Source: Guillardia theta CCMP2712 (lineage: Eukaryota; Protista; Cryptophyta). Taken from it: a DNA stretch of 64,000 nucleotides. A program made the position numbers and the translations under genes. The stretch is from assembly GCF_000315625.1 (NCBI RefSeq), contig NW_005434653.1, positions 785,343 through 849,342 of the forward strand, written 5' to 3'. The notes beneath the pieces were generated by a model that did no database searches, was not told the DNA's origin, and worked only from the letters and a program-made list of their open reading frames with translations. The stretch's first letter is position 1, and every line of letters starts with the position of its first letter. Positions 1 through 11,891 of the stretch are shown piece after piece.

Positions 1-612
1 GCCCTCTACAAGGTCGACTTCATCGGGAACGACATCCCCGTCAACGGCACCATCGGGAAGTTGTCGATCTCCATGTCTGACTGCGCGACCTTATGTAACG
101 CCACCTCGGAGTGTCGGGGCTTCACCTACCAGAAGAGAGCGAGCACCGAGCTGAGCTCCTGCTTCGTCAAGTCGATGATGGTGGGTGTTGGTACCGACAC
201 CAGCGCCTTCGTCAACGCCGACCCCTACTCGTACATCAGGAGGTCCGTTGCCGCCGACGTGTCCGGCTACCCGAAGCACGAAGTAGGATACGATTATCCC
301 GGGAATGACATTCAGTCATCCATCGCAGTCAAGGATGCAGCCGCTTGTGGACAGGAATGCAACAAAGCCACAAACTGTGCGGGGTTCGTCTACTACCCCA
401 TCCCCTTCTCGGGGCAGATCTACAATCAGCAAGCAACGGTGGGGGCAGGTACATGCGCGATCAAGACGGCGATGAAGGGGAAGTACCAGTTTCCAGCAGG
501 ATCAGAGATCCAAGCCTATCACAAGTCAGCGGCTCCCTCCACTCAGTCTCTCTCTCTCGCCCTCAGCTTCTTGACTATCTTGTTCCACCTGTCGCTCAGG
601 TCCAGCCCGTGA
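1..612 (+). CDS. PAN/apple-domain secreted protein, copy 1 (5' end outside window)
   Basis: Near-identical to 3516-4127 (offset 3515); two DF/YxGNDI...C-x3-C-x5-C-x-GFxY...C-x2-K modules. Confidence 0.8.
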   Translation, partial: ALYKVDFIGNDIPVNGTIGKLSISMSDCATLCNATSECRGFTYQKRASTELSSCFVKSMMVGVGTDTSAFVNADPYSYIRRSVAADVSGYPKHEVGYDYPGNDIQSSIAVKDAAACGQECNKATNCAGFVYYPIPFSGQIYNQQATVGAGTCAIKTAMKGKYQFPAGSEIQAYHKSAAPSTQSLSLALSFLTILFHLSLRSSP

Positions 613-1863
613 TGCGAACAGAATGGCGGGTCAAGAATGAGCACGTCCNNNNNNNNNNNNNNNNNNNNNNNNNNNNNNNNNNNNNNNNNNNNNNNNNNNN
701 NNNNNNNNNNNNNNNNNNNNNNNNNNNNNNNNNNNNNNNNNNNNNNNNCAACGAGAGTCTCAGTAAGATGGATCATATCCTAGCAAGAATGAACATCCTA
801 GTAAGTGTTTCATCTAGAAATCAATGACCTCTCAGATTCATGACCCTCCCCGCCATGTTCTGCTGCCGCTGCAGATCTCCAGCCATTCCTCCGCTTCTGA
901 TTGGAATCAGACGGGGATCTGATTTCGATACATTCCTTCTCGTTCGTCAGACATTCGGGGGGATCTATTATTTGATCGTCGGTTTATAGATGATCACGCC
1001 CATAACTTCCTTGTGTTCTCATCACAACAATTGCACACGCCTTGATCACATTGAAGCACTGTTTGAAGGTCAAATCCAAGGAATTGCAAGAGAGTTTCTC
1101 TCTTCACCTGATCTCGTTTGGCATGTCATGGCACATATGACATTGCTGTCATCATCATTTGCATACATGTCAAGATTCAAGTGCTCTTGATCGCACGACA
1201 AGACTACTTGGGCCCGGTCCAGCTGAAGGGTCATTGCACTCCAGGTGAGGCTCAGCTACACACTCATGAAGCGTGTAAGCCTTCAAGACTGTTCATCTTC
1301 CACGTTCGTCCCGGCATCATAGCTACGGTCAAGCTGGCACTCAGACAGGGGGCGGCACCGTGACTCGCCAAGCTCAGATTGACCCTCATACCGCACTGCA
1401 AGGTATTGAGTGCTCGCCCGGCGGTGTTCCGTCATGATGACACGTCTGCAACCTGCGCCGTCGGACGTTCACCGTGCCGTCTCACTGGCACGGTGCCATC
1501 GCCGAGTAGCCGATGGCGCTGACTTGAAACCAGCTTGAAACTCTCTCAGGCCCGCGGTACTGTATGAGCGATGTGTCAAAGTTGACAAGGTGATGGATAG
1601 AATGGCCAAGCCCAACGTTCCTCACCCTTGGTAAGGCGAGCGGGGCCGAGAAGGAGACGAAGAGCAGCAGCGTTGAGAGAGACAGGGGAGGAGAGGAGTG
1701 AGTCTAGGAGGGAGGGAGGAGCGAGGAGGAGCAGCAAAGAAAAGCATGCGGGCTGAGCAACAAGCTACAGGTGATGACAGGCATCTGAACAAATCGTAAA
1801 GGCTGAGAAAGAGGAGAAGGAGGAGGAGGAGGAGGAGGAGTACTTTGTGTACCCACCTTTGCA

Positions 1864-2722
1864 ATGGCGAGCCCATTACAAGCAAAGCTTCTGCAGGATG
1901 AGCACGCGGATGGTACGGGGCATGCTGTTGTGGATGTATGATACCAAAGATCAGCTTGAAAGAGCAATTGTATTCTCCTGCTCACCTTCANNNNNNNNNN
2001 NNNNNNNNNNNNNNNNNNNNNNNNNNNNNNNNNNNNNNNNNNNNNNNNNNNNNNNNNNNNNNNNNNNNNNNNNNNNNNNNNNNNNNNNNNCTCAAGAAAG
2101 GGGTACCGTGTGCGGGAGAGGCAGGCAGCTCTGAGATCACGTCGTTAGAATGGGTATATGAGGTGTCGTCCTTGGCGTCTTCGTCTCTGAAAGATTCTTT
2201 AAGATCTCGCGGCGCTTGTGTGGGGCTGGTCATCCACGAGGTCAGCGACAGCCCTGCTGATGTCCACCTGACTTTGACGGCAGAACCCGCCGGAAGAGAG
2301 GCACTTCGACTTCACCATCCCCTTCAAGTATCTTCTCAACGCAGCTGAATCGACCAAGACCTCTACCCCTTGTGGAACTCCGAGGTGAAGGGTGCCAGAA
2401 AAAGGCAGGAGTTGACCTGCACCTGCAGAGCAAGTGACAAGGTCAGGCAGGACGCTTCCTTGGGTCAGATCCTCCTGCTCGCGAGTCCGCCTGACCCGTG
2501 TGCAGGTGAAGGTGAGGGCGTCAACAGCCCAGCAGGCACGATCGATTCGTTCCCGAGAGTCAGCAGGAGGGGCTCGGAGGAGGAGGCACAGAGCGAGAGG
2601 GAGCAGAACCTTGTGAGCAGACCCGACGAAAGCATGCTGTCCTGCTCCTCTAGCCCTTCGAGTCCAGCTGAGAGGAGGGAGAAGCGGGAAGGAATAAAGT
2701 CCAGCATGAACGCTGTGCTCGG
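1864..2722 (+). pseudogene. Internally deleted copy of the NYN-domain gene
   Basis: MASPLQAKLLQD joins almost directly to MVRGMLLWMYD, so the VFWDLE exon is missing; homology to the intact copy stops at ~2722. Confidence 0.65.
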
Positions 2723-3422
2723 AAGTAAATGGCACCAGTCAATGCTGATCCAGCACAACGCCGCTCACGGGATGAGCGGCCACGCATGATCTTCGTGATG
2801 TTTGAACCTGTTATGCTGATGCCAGGTACAGTCAACGCAACCTTGCCTTACTTTGAAGTTGGTGGAAACATTCTTTTTATGTGCTTGTACGCGCTACAAA
2901 GATTTCGTTTAAAATAACTTTTCATCAAATTTCCGTTGGCCAAGAGAGTCCCGAAGAAGCTCGAGTTACTGCCAGGTCACGGTCAACCGACGCGTTCGCT
3001 GCTGAGGTGAGGTCACGTCACCTCGCGGAGCTACTGGTAGTAAACTTCGTAAAGTCGCAGCTGCGGTACAATCTCGTTCGGAGCAGATACCGACGACCTC
3101 TCGGCCCCTCAGGGAACAAATGGCTGACATTTCATTTTGAAAATTCTTTTGCTCTTGCTTGGATGGATGGAACTTGAGCCCAATAGTATGTAAGTCGCAT
3201 ATGCAATGATGCGCTCAGAGGGACGATTGGCTGACATTTACTTTGCAAAACCCTGGTGTTTCCTTGCTTACATGGATTTAATTCGCCTTCGTAGAACGTA
3301 AGTGTCATATCATATGATGCACTCAGCGCATAATAGTTCATGACCAGATACTGAGACGTTTTAACAACCGGGGGGTTCGTTGATTTCTAGCTCCTCGTGC
3401 GGCAAGGCGTATTATCGCGTCC

Positions 3423-4127
3423 ATGTCCAGGTCAAGCTCGACGCCTCTGCTGCTCCTGTGCCTGGCTGGGCTTCAGTTCGCCCTCGCCTACGATGTCTTC
3501 GACGGCTACTACCCTGCCCTCTACAAGGTCGACTTCATCGGGAACGACATCCCCGTCAACGGCACCATCGGGAAGTTGTCGATCTCCATGTCTGACTGCG
3601 CGACCTTGTGTAACGCCACCTCGGAGTGTCGGGGCTTCACCTACCAGAAGAGGGCGAGCACCGAGCTGAGCACCTGCTTCGTCAAGTCGATGATGGTGGG
3701 TGTTGGTACCGACACCAGCGCCGTCGTCAATGCCGACCCCTACTCGTACATCAGGAGGTCCGTTGCCGCCGACGTGTCCGGCTACCCGAAGCACGAAGTA
3801 GGATACGATTATCCCGGGAATGACATTCAGTCATCCATCGCAGTCAAGGATGCAGCCGCTTGTGGACAGGAATGCAACAAAGCCACAAACTGTGCGGGGT
3901 TCGTCTACTACCCCATCCCCTTCTCGGGGCAGATCTACAATCAGCAAGCAACGGTGGGGGCAGGTACATGCGCGATCAAGACGGCGATGAAGGGGAAGTA
4001 CCAGTTTCCAGCAGGATCAGAGATCCAAGCCTATCACAAGTCAGCGGCTCCCTCCACTCAGTCTCTCTCTCTCGCCCTCAGCTTCTTGACTATCTTGTTC
4101 CACCTGTCGCTCAGGTCCAGCCCGTGA
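3423..4127 (+). CDS. Secreted/GPI-like protein with two PAN/apple (PAN_4-type) domains
   Basis: Signal peptide LLLLCLAGLQFALA; YKVDFIGNDI..DCATLCNATSECRGFTY..CFVKS and GYDYPGNDI..ACGQECNKATNCAGFVY..CAIKT; hydrophobic C-terminal tail. Confidence 0.85.
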   Translation: MSRSSSTPLLLLCLAGLQFALAYDVFDGYYPALYKVDFIGNDIPVNGTIGKLSISMSDCATLCNATSECRGFTYQKRASTELSTCFVKSMMVGVGTDTSAVVNADPYSYIRRSVAADVSGYPKHEVGYDYPGNDIQSSIAVKDAAACGQECNKATNCAGFVYYPIPFSGQIYNQQATVGAGTCAIKTAMKGKYQFPAGSEIQAYHKSAAPSTQSLSLALSFLTILFHLSLRSSP

Positions 4128-4162
4128 TGCGAACAGAATGGCGGGTCAAGAATGAGCACGTC

Positions 4163-4300
4163 CTAGTAAGATGGATCATATCCTAATATCAACGAGAGTC
4201 TCAGTAAGATGGATCATATCCTAATATCAACGAGAGTCTCAGTAAGATGGATCATATCCTAATATCAACGAGAGTCCTAGTAAGATGGATCATATCCTAG
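4163..4300. repeat. 38-bp tandem repeat (~3.5 copies)
   Basis: Unit AGTAAGATGGATCATATCCTAATATCAACGAGAGTCTC. Confidence 0.9.
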
Positions 4301-5422
4301 CAAGAATGAACATCCTAGTAAGTGTTTCATCTAGAAATCAATGACCTCTCAAATTCATGACCCTCCCCGCCATGTTCTGCTGCCGCTGCAGATCACCAGC
4401 CATTCCTCCGCTTCTGATTGGAATCAGACGGGGATCTGATTTCGATACATTCCTTCTCGTTCGTCAGACGTTCGGGGGGATCTATTATTTGATCGTCGTT
4501 TTATAGATGATTACGCCCATAACTTCCTTGTGTTCTCATCACAACAATTGCACACGCCTTGATCACATTGAAGCACTGTTTGAAGGTCAAATCCAAGGAA
4601 TTGCAAGAGAGTTTCTCTCTTCACCTGATCTCGTTTGGCATGTCATGGCACATATGACATTGCTGTCATCATCATTTGCATACATGTCAAGATTCAAGTG
4701 CTCTTGATCGCACGACAAGACTACTTGGGCCCGGTCCAGCTGAAGCCTGTCATTGCACCGTCTCCGGGGCCCGGGTCCAGGTCAGGCTCAGCCTCGTACT
4801 GGCACTGCAAGGTACTACGGTATTGCCAGAAGTGCTCGGCCGGCGGTGTGCCTGCGTCACTGTCATGATGACACCCGGTCGTGACGGTTTACCGGGCCCG
4901 GGGTCATAATTGGATCCAGCGGCTCAGCCTGGCAGGCTCGTCACGGCCGGCCCGGCAGTGATTGCCAGCCTGGCATCTTACAGTACCATCGAGTAGCTGA
5001 TCGGACCTTGCGGCCAAGGCAAGTTGGATGTGCCTGCAAACTCACTGCGAGTCGGCTGAGCGTCCGATCGGCCCTGAGTTCCTGATCGGCATCCCGGAGC
5101 CTCGGAGTCCGGGCCCGAGTCGCCGAGTCACTTCCCCACTGGCCTGCTCGTCAAAGTTGACAAGGTGATGGATAGAATGGCCAAGCCCAACGTTCCTCTC
5201 CCTTGGTAAGGCGAGCGGGGCAGACGAAGGAGACGAGGTGAGAGAGACAGGGGAGGAGAGGAGTGAGTCTAGGAGGGAGGGAGGAGCGAGGAGGAGCAGC
5301 AAAGAAAAGCATGCGGGCTGAGCAACAAGCTGCAGGTGATGACAGGCATCTGTACAAAGCGTAAAGGCTGAGGAGGAGGAGGGGGAGGAGGAGGAGGAGT
5401 AATTTGTGTGACCTCCTCTGCC

Positions 5423-7494
5423 ATGGCGAGCCCATTGCAAGCAAAGCTTCTGCAGGACAAGAAGGGGCGATCTTTGTTCTGGTCTGACCTGCAACATGCG
5501 GAGAATGGGAGGAGGCCAACCACTGCTGCATCTGCTCCTCGTCCCTCCTCGTCCTTCTACCCGTTGATCGACAAGGTCGAGGCGGCCGAAGCAAGGGTAT
5601 CCATGAGCATCGGGCGTTTATCGGGTCTTGCTAAGCTTGTTTGTTAGCCAAACACGGCGAACCCGGAGTTGAAGTCGAGAGCACACACGCATGTACAAGA
5701 GCACGCGGAGGGTCCTTCTTGGGACGAGCATGACGAGAGGGTCAATGTCGGCGTTGGCTGTGCAGTCTTCTGGGATCTTGAAAGTTTCCCCATCCCCTCG
5801 AAGCAGAGGAATCTCGACTTTGCTGATGCGCTAGCAGACGTCGTGAGCAAGAAGCGGTTCGGGTCAACCGTTGAAGTCAGTCAAATCTCCGTCTACATCG
5901 ACGAGCAGAAGTCCAGCGGGGCTCCAGCAAGGCTGTTGAGCTCGAGGGTCAAGAGTACTCCGAGTCGTGCGGAAGGCTCGCAGAAAGTAGCTTGACAGCG
6001 AATTTGGTCAAAAGTTCTGACATGCTGGACAAGGTTCCCTCCGCTGGAGGAGCGACGAGGGACGGAGGGGGCAGGCTAAGGGCGCGACCCTCCTTTGCTC
6101 CCGTGAAAAAGTTTCCTGAGAGGATGACCCTCGACGACAGGGGGGCGGGCGACCGAAGGTGCAACGTGCTGAGAATGTTGTTCTTGTGACTTTGTCATGA
6201 ACAGAATGCGGATGGTACGGGACATGCTGTTGTGGATGTATGATACCAAAGATCAGCTTGAAAGAGCAACGGTATTCTCCTGCTCACCTTCATTCATTTT
6301 CCCCCTCCACCACCATCTCCTCCTCTTCCTCCTCCTTCTCTTCCTTTGCTCTACATCTTCCTCGTCCTCTTCGTTATTTTCTCATGGTCCATGTAGGCTG
6401 TGGTGTTCACGACCGATGTCGGCGTCATCCGTTGCATAGCAGACATGAGGTGTCGTCCTTGGCGTCTTCGTCTCTGAAAGATTCTTTAAGATCTCGCGGC
6501 GCTTGTGTGGGGCTGGTCATCCACGACGTCAGCGACAGCCCTGCTGGTGTCCACCTGACTTTGACGGCAGAACCCGCCGGAAGAGAGGCACTTCGACTTC
6601 ACCATCTCCTTCAAGTATCTTCTCAACGCAGCTGAATCGACCAAGACCTCTACCCCTTGTGGAACTCCGAGGTGAAGGGTGCCAGGAGGAGGCAGGAGTT
6701 GACCTGCACCTGCAGAGCAAGTGACAAGGTCAGGCAGGACGCTTCCTTGGGTCAGATCCTCCTGCTCGCGAGTCCGCCTGACCCGTGTGCAGGTGAAGGT
6801 GAGGGCGTCAACAGCCCAGCAGGCACGATCGATTCGTTCCCGAGAGTCAGCAGGAGGGGCTCGGAGGAGGAGGCACAGAGCGAGAGGGAGCAGAACCTTG
6901 CGAGCAGACCCGACGAAAGCATGCTGTCCTGCTCCTCTAGCCCTTCGAGTCCAGCTGAGAGGAGGGAGAAGCGGGAAGGAATAAAGTCCAGCATGAACGC
7001 TGTGCTCGGACAGAATCTGGGAGATGCCGCTATCATTCTCTGTTCCTGGTCCAAGTCGAGCAGCTTCAGTGTCGGGGAGCCTGTCTGTGTGAAACGAAGC
7101 GATGGGAGGTCTTCTAAACTCCTCCTTCTCCTCCTCCTTCCTCCCTCCTTCTCTACTTCATGCCATTCTCACCTGTTTCTTCCTTGACCTCAAATACTCC
7201 CCCTTACTACTCTCACTACCCGATAGGTACACTCTCGGCCTAACGCTCGGCTTCGGGTCAGAGGAGCACTACAGCTCGGTACATGGCACGGTGAAGACTC
7301 CAGCTGACCTCCAGCTGATCTGATGAGTTTGGCAGAGCCTGCAGCAGGGAGAAGTTGAGGTCCTGGTGGACTATGATGGAGGGGGGCACAAGATCACCAG
7401 AATCAACAAGATCGAGAGGGTCGGGAAGTTTCCGATGAAAGCCATGGCAAAGTTTAAGCTAGACGCCAACATCGACGACCTGAAGCGCTTCTAA
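5423..7494 (+). CDS. NYN (PIN-like) domain protein, multi-exon, possible C-terminal Tudor/SH3-like barrel
   Basis: CAVFWDLESFPIPS resembles the NYN VFWDxENC motif; later exons MVRDMLLW.., AVVFTTD.., RGACVGLVIH; last exons FSVGEPVCVKRSDG..VEVLVDYDG. Confidence 0.6.
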
Positions 7495-7603
7495 GGTGAA
7501 CAACTCAACGCTAGTCTCGTCGTCTCCCTCCTATCCCTTCCCTTGAGCGCAAGTCTGCCATGGACGTCACACGAGGACTCGGCGGACAGCAGCGAAACCT
7601 CCG

Positions 7604-8045
7604 TCACTTCATGGAAGAGATCATCTCAAAGATCTGGAGGATCCGTTTCGAATCCTCCACGTGCAGGTTCCTGGGGTGCGATCAGGGCTGAGGAAGGCGC
7701 GTGTCGAACTCACTCGATGAGCTTCCCTCGCACAACGGCAACGTTGCTCTTCTTTTCGAGCTGCTCGCAAGTCCATCACTGCTGGGAGGGAGCTGGGCAG
7801 GGAGGGAGCTCACCGCCTCGTTGTAGGCAGCGATGATCTCCTGCGCTAGTTTGACGTCATCGGCGGAGGGAGAGAAAACTTCATTGGCCGGTCCAATCTG
7901 CACGATAAGGAAGGTGACTGGTGAATCACAGATCATTGAGAACTAGGAGCGATCTACCTGAGTTGGGTGAATCAGGGTCTTGCCATCGAACCCCATCTGC
8001 TTCGCTGCGCTGTGGAAGAGATCATGAAGACGATCGAGAGGAGGA

Positions 8046-8088
<43 letters not shown>

Positions 8089-9145
8089 TGGAGGAAAAGG
8101 AGGAGAGAGATGCTGTCAGAAGGGCCTTATGTCATGAATGAAAGTACGTGCAATGCTGCAGAAACTCCTCCTTGTTTTCAATGTCCAGGTGCACCTGCTC
8201 CCTTGTCAACAAGCTGCCAGTCCACGGCAGGTCTCACCCCATCCAGAGCCACAAGGCCATGGGCTCGAGCGGACAGCAGGACCTGGTCGGCGTCACGGAC
8301 GGCAGGAGAGCCTCTTCCTGCTCACCATCTGCAGCGAAGTCTGCAAGGGGAAGCGAGACGGCACGTGTAGTGCGTGCAGGTCCTGCCACGAGGTCAAGCG
8401 GCATCGGGAGGAGCTGGACTACCTTGGTAAGGTCGGACGTTCCCATCACGACAGCTTGCAGAGGGTTCTCCTTGGATTCTCTCGCTGCGGAAAGACCCTG
8501 AGCTCAATCCCAGGAGAGATTAGGGCAGTACCGAGGGAGCAGATGTCAGAGCTGCGCAGCACCTGGGAGCAGCACATGAGATAGGCAGGCAGCCGTCAAG
8601 GAGAACAAAGGCGCTACCCCCATCGGGCTTTCAATCATGCACCAGATCGGAAGATCTTTGCGCATCTCCTGCGAGATGATCTTCTGCGCTTCGATCACCA
8701 CGTTCCTGTCCTCCACTTTCGGAATGACAACCTGACAACTCTGCGAGTCAGTTGCCAGCTGAGCCTCCTAGCTCGCACCCACCGCATTCGCCTTGCTCTT
8801 GGCGATGGCACGAATGTCGTCCTTGCCCCACACTGTGTCGAGCCCGTTGCATCTGATCGCTACCTCCCTGTGTCCAAACCCTCCACTGTCGATCTCTTTC
8901 ACCACGTTCATCCTCGCATCGACCTTCACGTCGGGCGCTACGGCGTCTTCGAGGTCCATGATCACCACGTCGGCAGGTAGCGTTCTAGCCTTGTTGATGG
9001 CTCGCGTGTTTGATCCTGGAAGGAACAGCACCGATCTTCGGGGACGGAAGGACATGAATCGTTTGCCCCCCGACCTCAGCACTGCATTGAAGCTCCAACC
9101 TATGGGCAGCAACATTTCAACTTCTTTGCTGCATCCTGCTCTCAT
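7604..9145 (-). CDS. citE: HpcH/HpaI aldolase / citrate lyase beta-like (CitE/malyl-CoA lyase family), multi-exon
   Basis: RPRRSVLFLPGSN..ADVVIMDLEDAVAP..AIRCNGLDTVWGKDD; MMGTSDL; QIGPANEVFSPS; GKLIE-NLHV. Confidence 0.9.
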
Positions 9146-9203
9146 TCATCGCACATCCCATGCACCAACAGACTTTCTCTTCTTTTGAAACCACCGTCTG
9201 CAC

Positions 9204-9338
9204 TTTGTACATCTACTGAGCCCTTGTACATCTACTGAGTCCTTGTACATCTACTTAGTCCTTGTACATCTACTTAGTCCTTGTACATCTACTTAGTCCT
9301 TGTACATCTACTTAGTCCTTGTACATCTACTGAGCCCT
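9204..9338. repeat. 19-bp tandem repeat (~7 copies)
   Basis: Unit CCTTGTACATCTACT(T/G)AG(T/C). Confidence 0.9.
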
Positions 9339-9477
9339 TCTTCTCAGATCCAGAGGGATGTTTGTTGAGGTACAAGTTGTAACCATCATGTTCTCAAACA
9401 ACATTCAATCGCCCCATGATACACACTCATGGCATGGGAACATGCTAGCGCATCATTCTTTCCTCTAGCTCCTTGTC

Positions 9478-9550
9478 CTCTCCTCTCCTCTCCTCTCCTC
9501 TCCTCTCCTCTCCTCTCCTCTCCTCTCCTCTCCTCTCCTCTCCTCTCCTC
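9478..9550. repeat. (CTCTC)n-type pyrimidine microsatellite, 5-bp period
   Basis: Direct inspection. Confidence 0.9.
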
Positions 9551-9879
9551 CCTCCCTTTGTCTCACCTCGTACGGCCTGCATTACTTACGCCTGGTCGCC
9601 CGACAAATTGTTTCACTCATCACCCTCATTCCACCTTTGGGCCCTCTTCGTCCAAGGTCCGGTCACGTACCGCCGGGCGGGCCGGGCCCCCGGGCCCCGG
9701 ATGGCGGCACTCACTGCGCCGCCGGCAGCTGCGCCGGCAGTGGGCCCTCGGTTAGGAATGCGGGTGATGAAGACGAAGCTGGGGCCCAGCAGAAAGTGAC
9801 GTAGAATTTCAAAATATTCTCACTCCTCACGTGGCAGATCAGTGACCGTTTGCCAAGTTTCATTATGCGGTAGTCAAAG

Positions 9880-11891
9880 AACTTCCAGTGAACGCGAGTT
9901 CGCCCGGGCCTCAGCAGTAGTTGATGCCGGAGGGAGGAGGCATGAGCGACTCCACCTTGTTCCAGCTGCACTTGTTCATCAGCACTGCCACCTGAAGCGA
10001 TCGAGCTCACCTCTCCCCTTGTATGGTCTTGTTGAAAACGTTGTCCTCGGGAGCGGTCGGAGGGAGATTCGCTACAAAGGAAGAAGAGACCGAGCTCCAC
10101 TGGTGAACGGGAGCAGGTCAGAATGAACTTGAAGGGCCTTAGAGGGATGCTCTCACGTCAGGATACGCCCAGTACGGTCTTTTCGCGTAAGTCCACCTGC
10201 AGCAAGTCAGGTGAGGAACAGCAGGCGAGACGAAACGATCACTTGTAGACAGAAGGAGCGATCTCAGTGCGAGCCTGCAGGTGCTTGTCAGGAAGCCGCA
10301 CACCAACAAAGGGACGATGGGGAAAGACCAGGGCGCCCTCGTGGTAAGCCTCCGGGATTTCTTCCGGGGAGGAGGCAGCGATCTGGACCAAAGACGGGTG
10401 AGGGAGAGCGGGAGAGCCAAGAGATTTCACCAGGAGCAGATGGGCCTTGAGAGAGTGAGGGATCCAATGCGTCTTGCCTTGCAGGTCGAGAAAGACGATG
10501 CTGGTGGAAGGGACAGTAAGCCTTGTCAGCCATCCCGATGACGTTGGAGGGCAAACTTCACCTGGAGTTTGCATCCTGCGTGTACCACTCCTTGTCCCTG
10601 TTCTTCTGTAACATCTTTCAGCTACATGACTTGCAGCGGGACAGTCTTACTTTCATCTCAGTCTCTTGCTTCAGAGCCTCGCTCCTCAGCTGGATGCTGC
10701 TCTTTGACTGCTCCATCCTGCTTGCCGGGGTCAGGTTGACCTCCCGTGCCAGATCAGGAGTGAATAGAGCACCTCTGACATTCTGCAGCGAGACGATAAT
10801 TCTCTGATTCAATCTGCCAAGGAACGCTCATTCGATCAGACAAACCTCGCCAGGCATTACGTCACTGAGCTTCTTGTGCAGATCTTGGCTGTACTCGGCC
10901 GTCAATGGCTCTCGCTGGGATCGATCGATCTTCTCGTCCGGGTGAGGCCCTGACGGAAAGATCCAGTCCGTCACTGAGTGCTGCTTGTTCACTTCGCTCG
11001 GCAAGATGGGAAGGGGCCGGAGTTCGCCATGCTCACTGACGATGTTGCTCTGAGCCAGATTGGCCGATTTGAAACGGCCGAACGCGTCTGAACTCTCCCT
11101 GCCTGCTATGGACAAGAACGCTGCTGATGTTGTGTGCCTGTTTGCTATCTCGCCGTTGGACATGGCCCCGTTGTACTGCGTCCTGCTCACTCCCGCGCTC
11201 TCCCCTTCTCTCGTCGTATCAGTCATTGTCAACAAGTTCCGCACGCGCAAGGCTGACCAGGTCGAGCGATCAAGAGTTGGACTTGATCTCCTGGTGCACT
11301 TCTGATGAGCTGTGCGACCTGCGTTAAGAGAGAAGACTCAGCGAGAGGGAGGTAGGAAGATGGAGTTGTTTAACGCACCTGCTCTACACTGAGGTGTGTG
11401 GTCGGTGCTCCGTTCACTTCATAGATATCGTCCCCTTGACTCACAGTCAGGGAGGAAGGAGGGTAATTGTGGGAAGACAAGAGGAAGACAGGAGGGTGAC
11501 TGTACTAGCGAGAAGTCGCCAGGGTGTGAGAGAAATACTGACCGATCTGTAGGTAGTTGAATGCTGGGCCGTCTCTGTCGATGCCAATGATCCTGTGAGG
11601 AACTCCAGGCATGCGCTGCTCGATCTTGACGCCGATGCCCGACTGCGGTGAGTTTAGAAGCGACGGAAAAGGCGACATAGAAGATATTAATGAACATGTG
11701 AGCAAGATAGAAGATCGCAAAGAAATGAGAAAAGATGGGAAAATGGGAGAGACAGAAGACCAAGTGCAAGATTCGGTGGACAAGGGCGGGAGATGGCGAG
11801 GATTGAGAGAAGACGGGAGTGGGAGCGAGGAGCGATCGTCACTGCATGCCTGCGGCGCTCGGGGGATCCTTAGCATGACGTTGGTCGCCAT
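9880..11891 (-). CDS. PDZ-domain protein, multi-exon (ends approximate)
   Basis: Exon QSGIGVKIEQRMPGVPHRIIGIDRDGPAFNYLQIG is PDZ-like; several downstream coding-like exons. Confidence 0.55.

Larger units (their letters stand above)
1..2722. repeat. Tandem segmental duplication, copy 1 (paralogous to 3516-7009)
   Basis: Blocks 1-648, 750-1228, 1575-1898, 1905-1990 and 2158-2722 match the corresponding blocks of 3516-7009. Confidence 0.9.

Noticed and set aside
4163-4300. 38-bp repeats resembling a CRISPR array
   Set aside because: Units are contiguous with no unique spacers, the context is eukaryotic, and there are no cas genes
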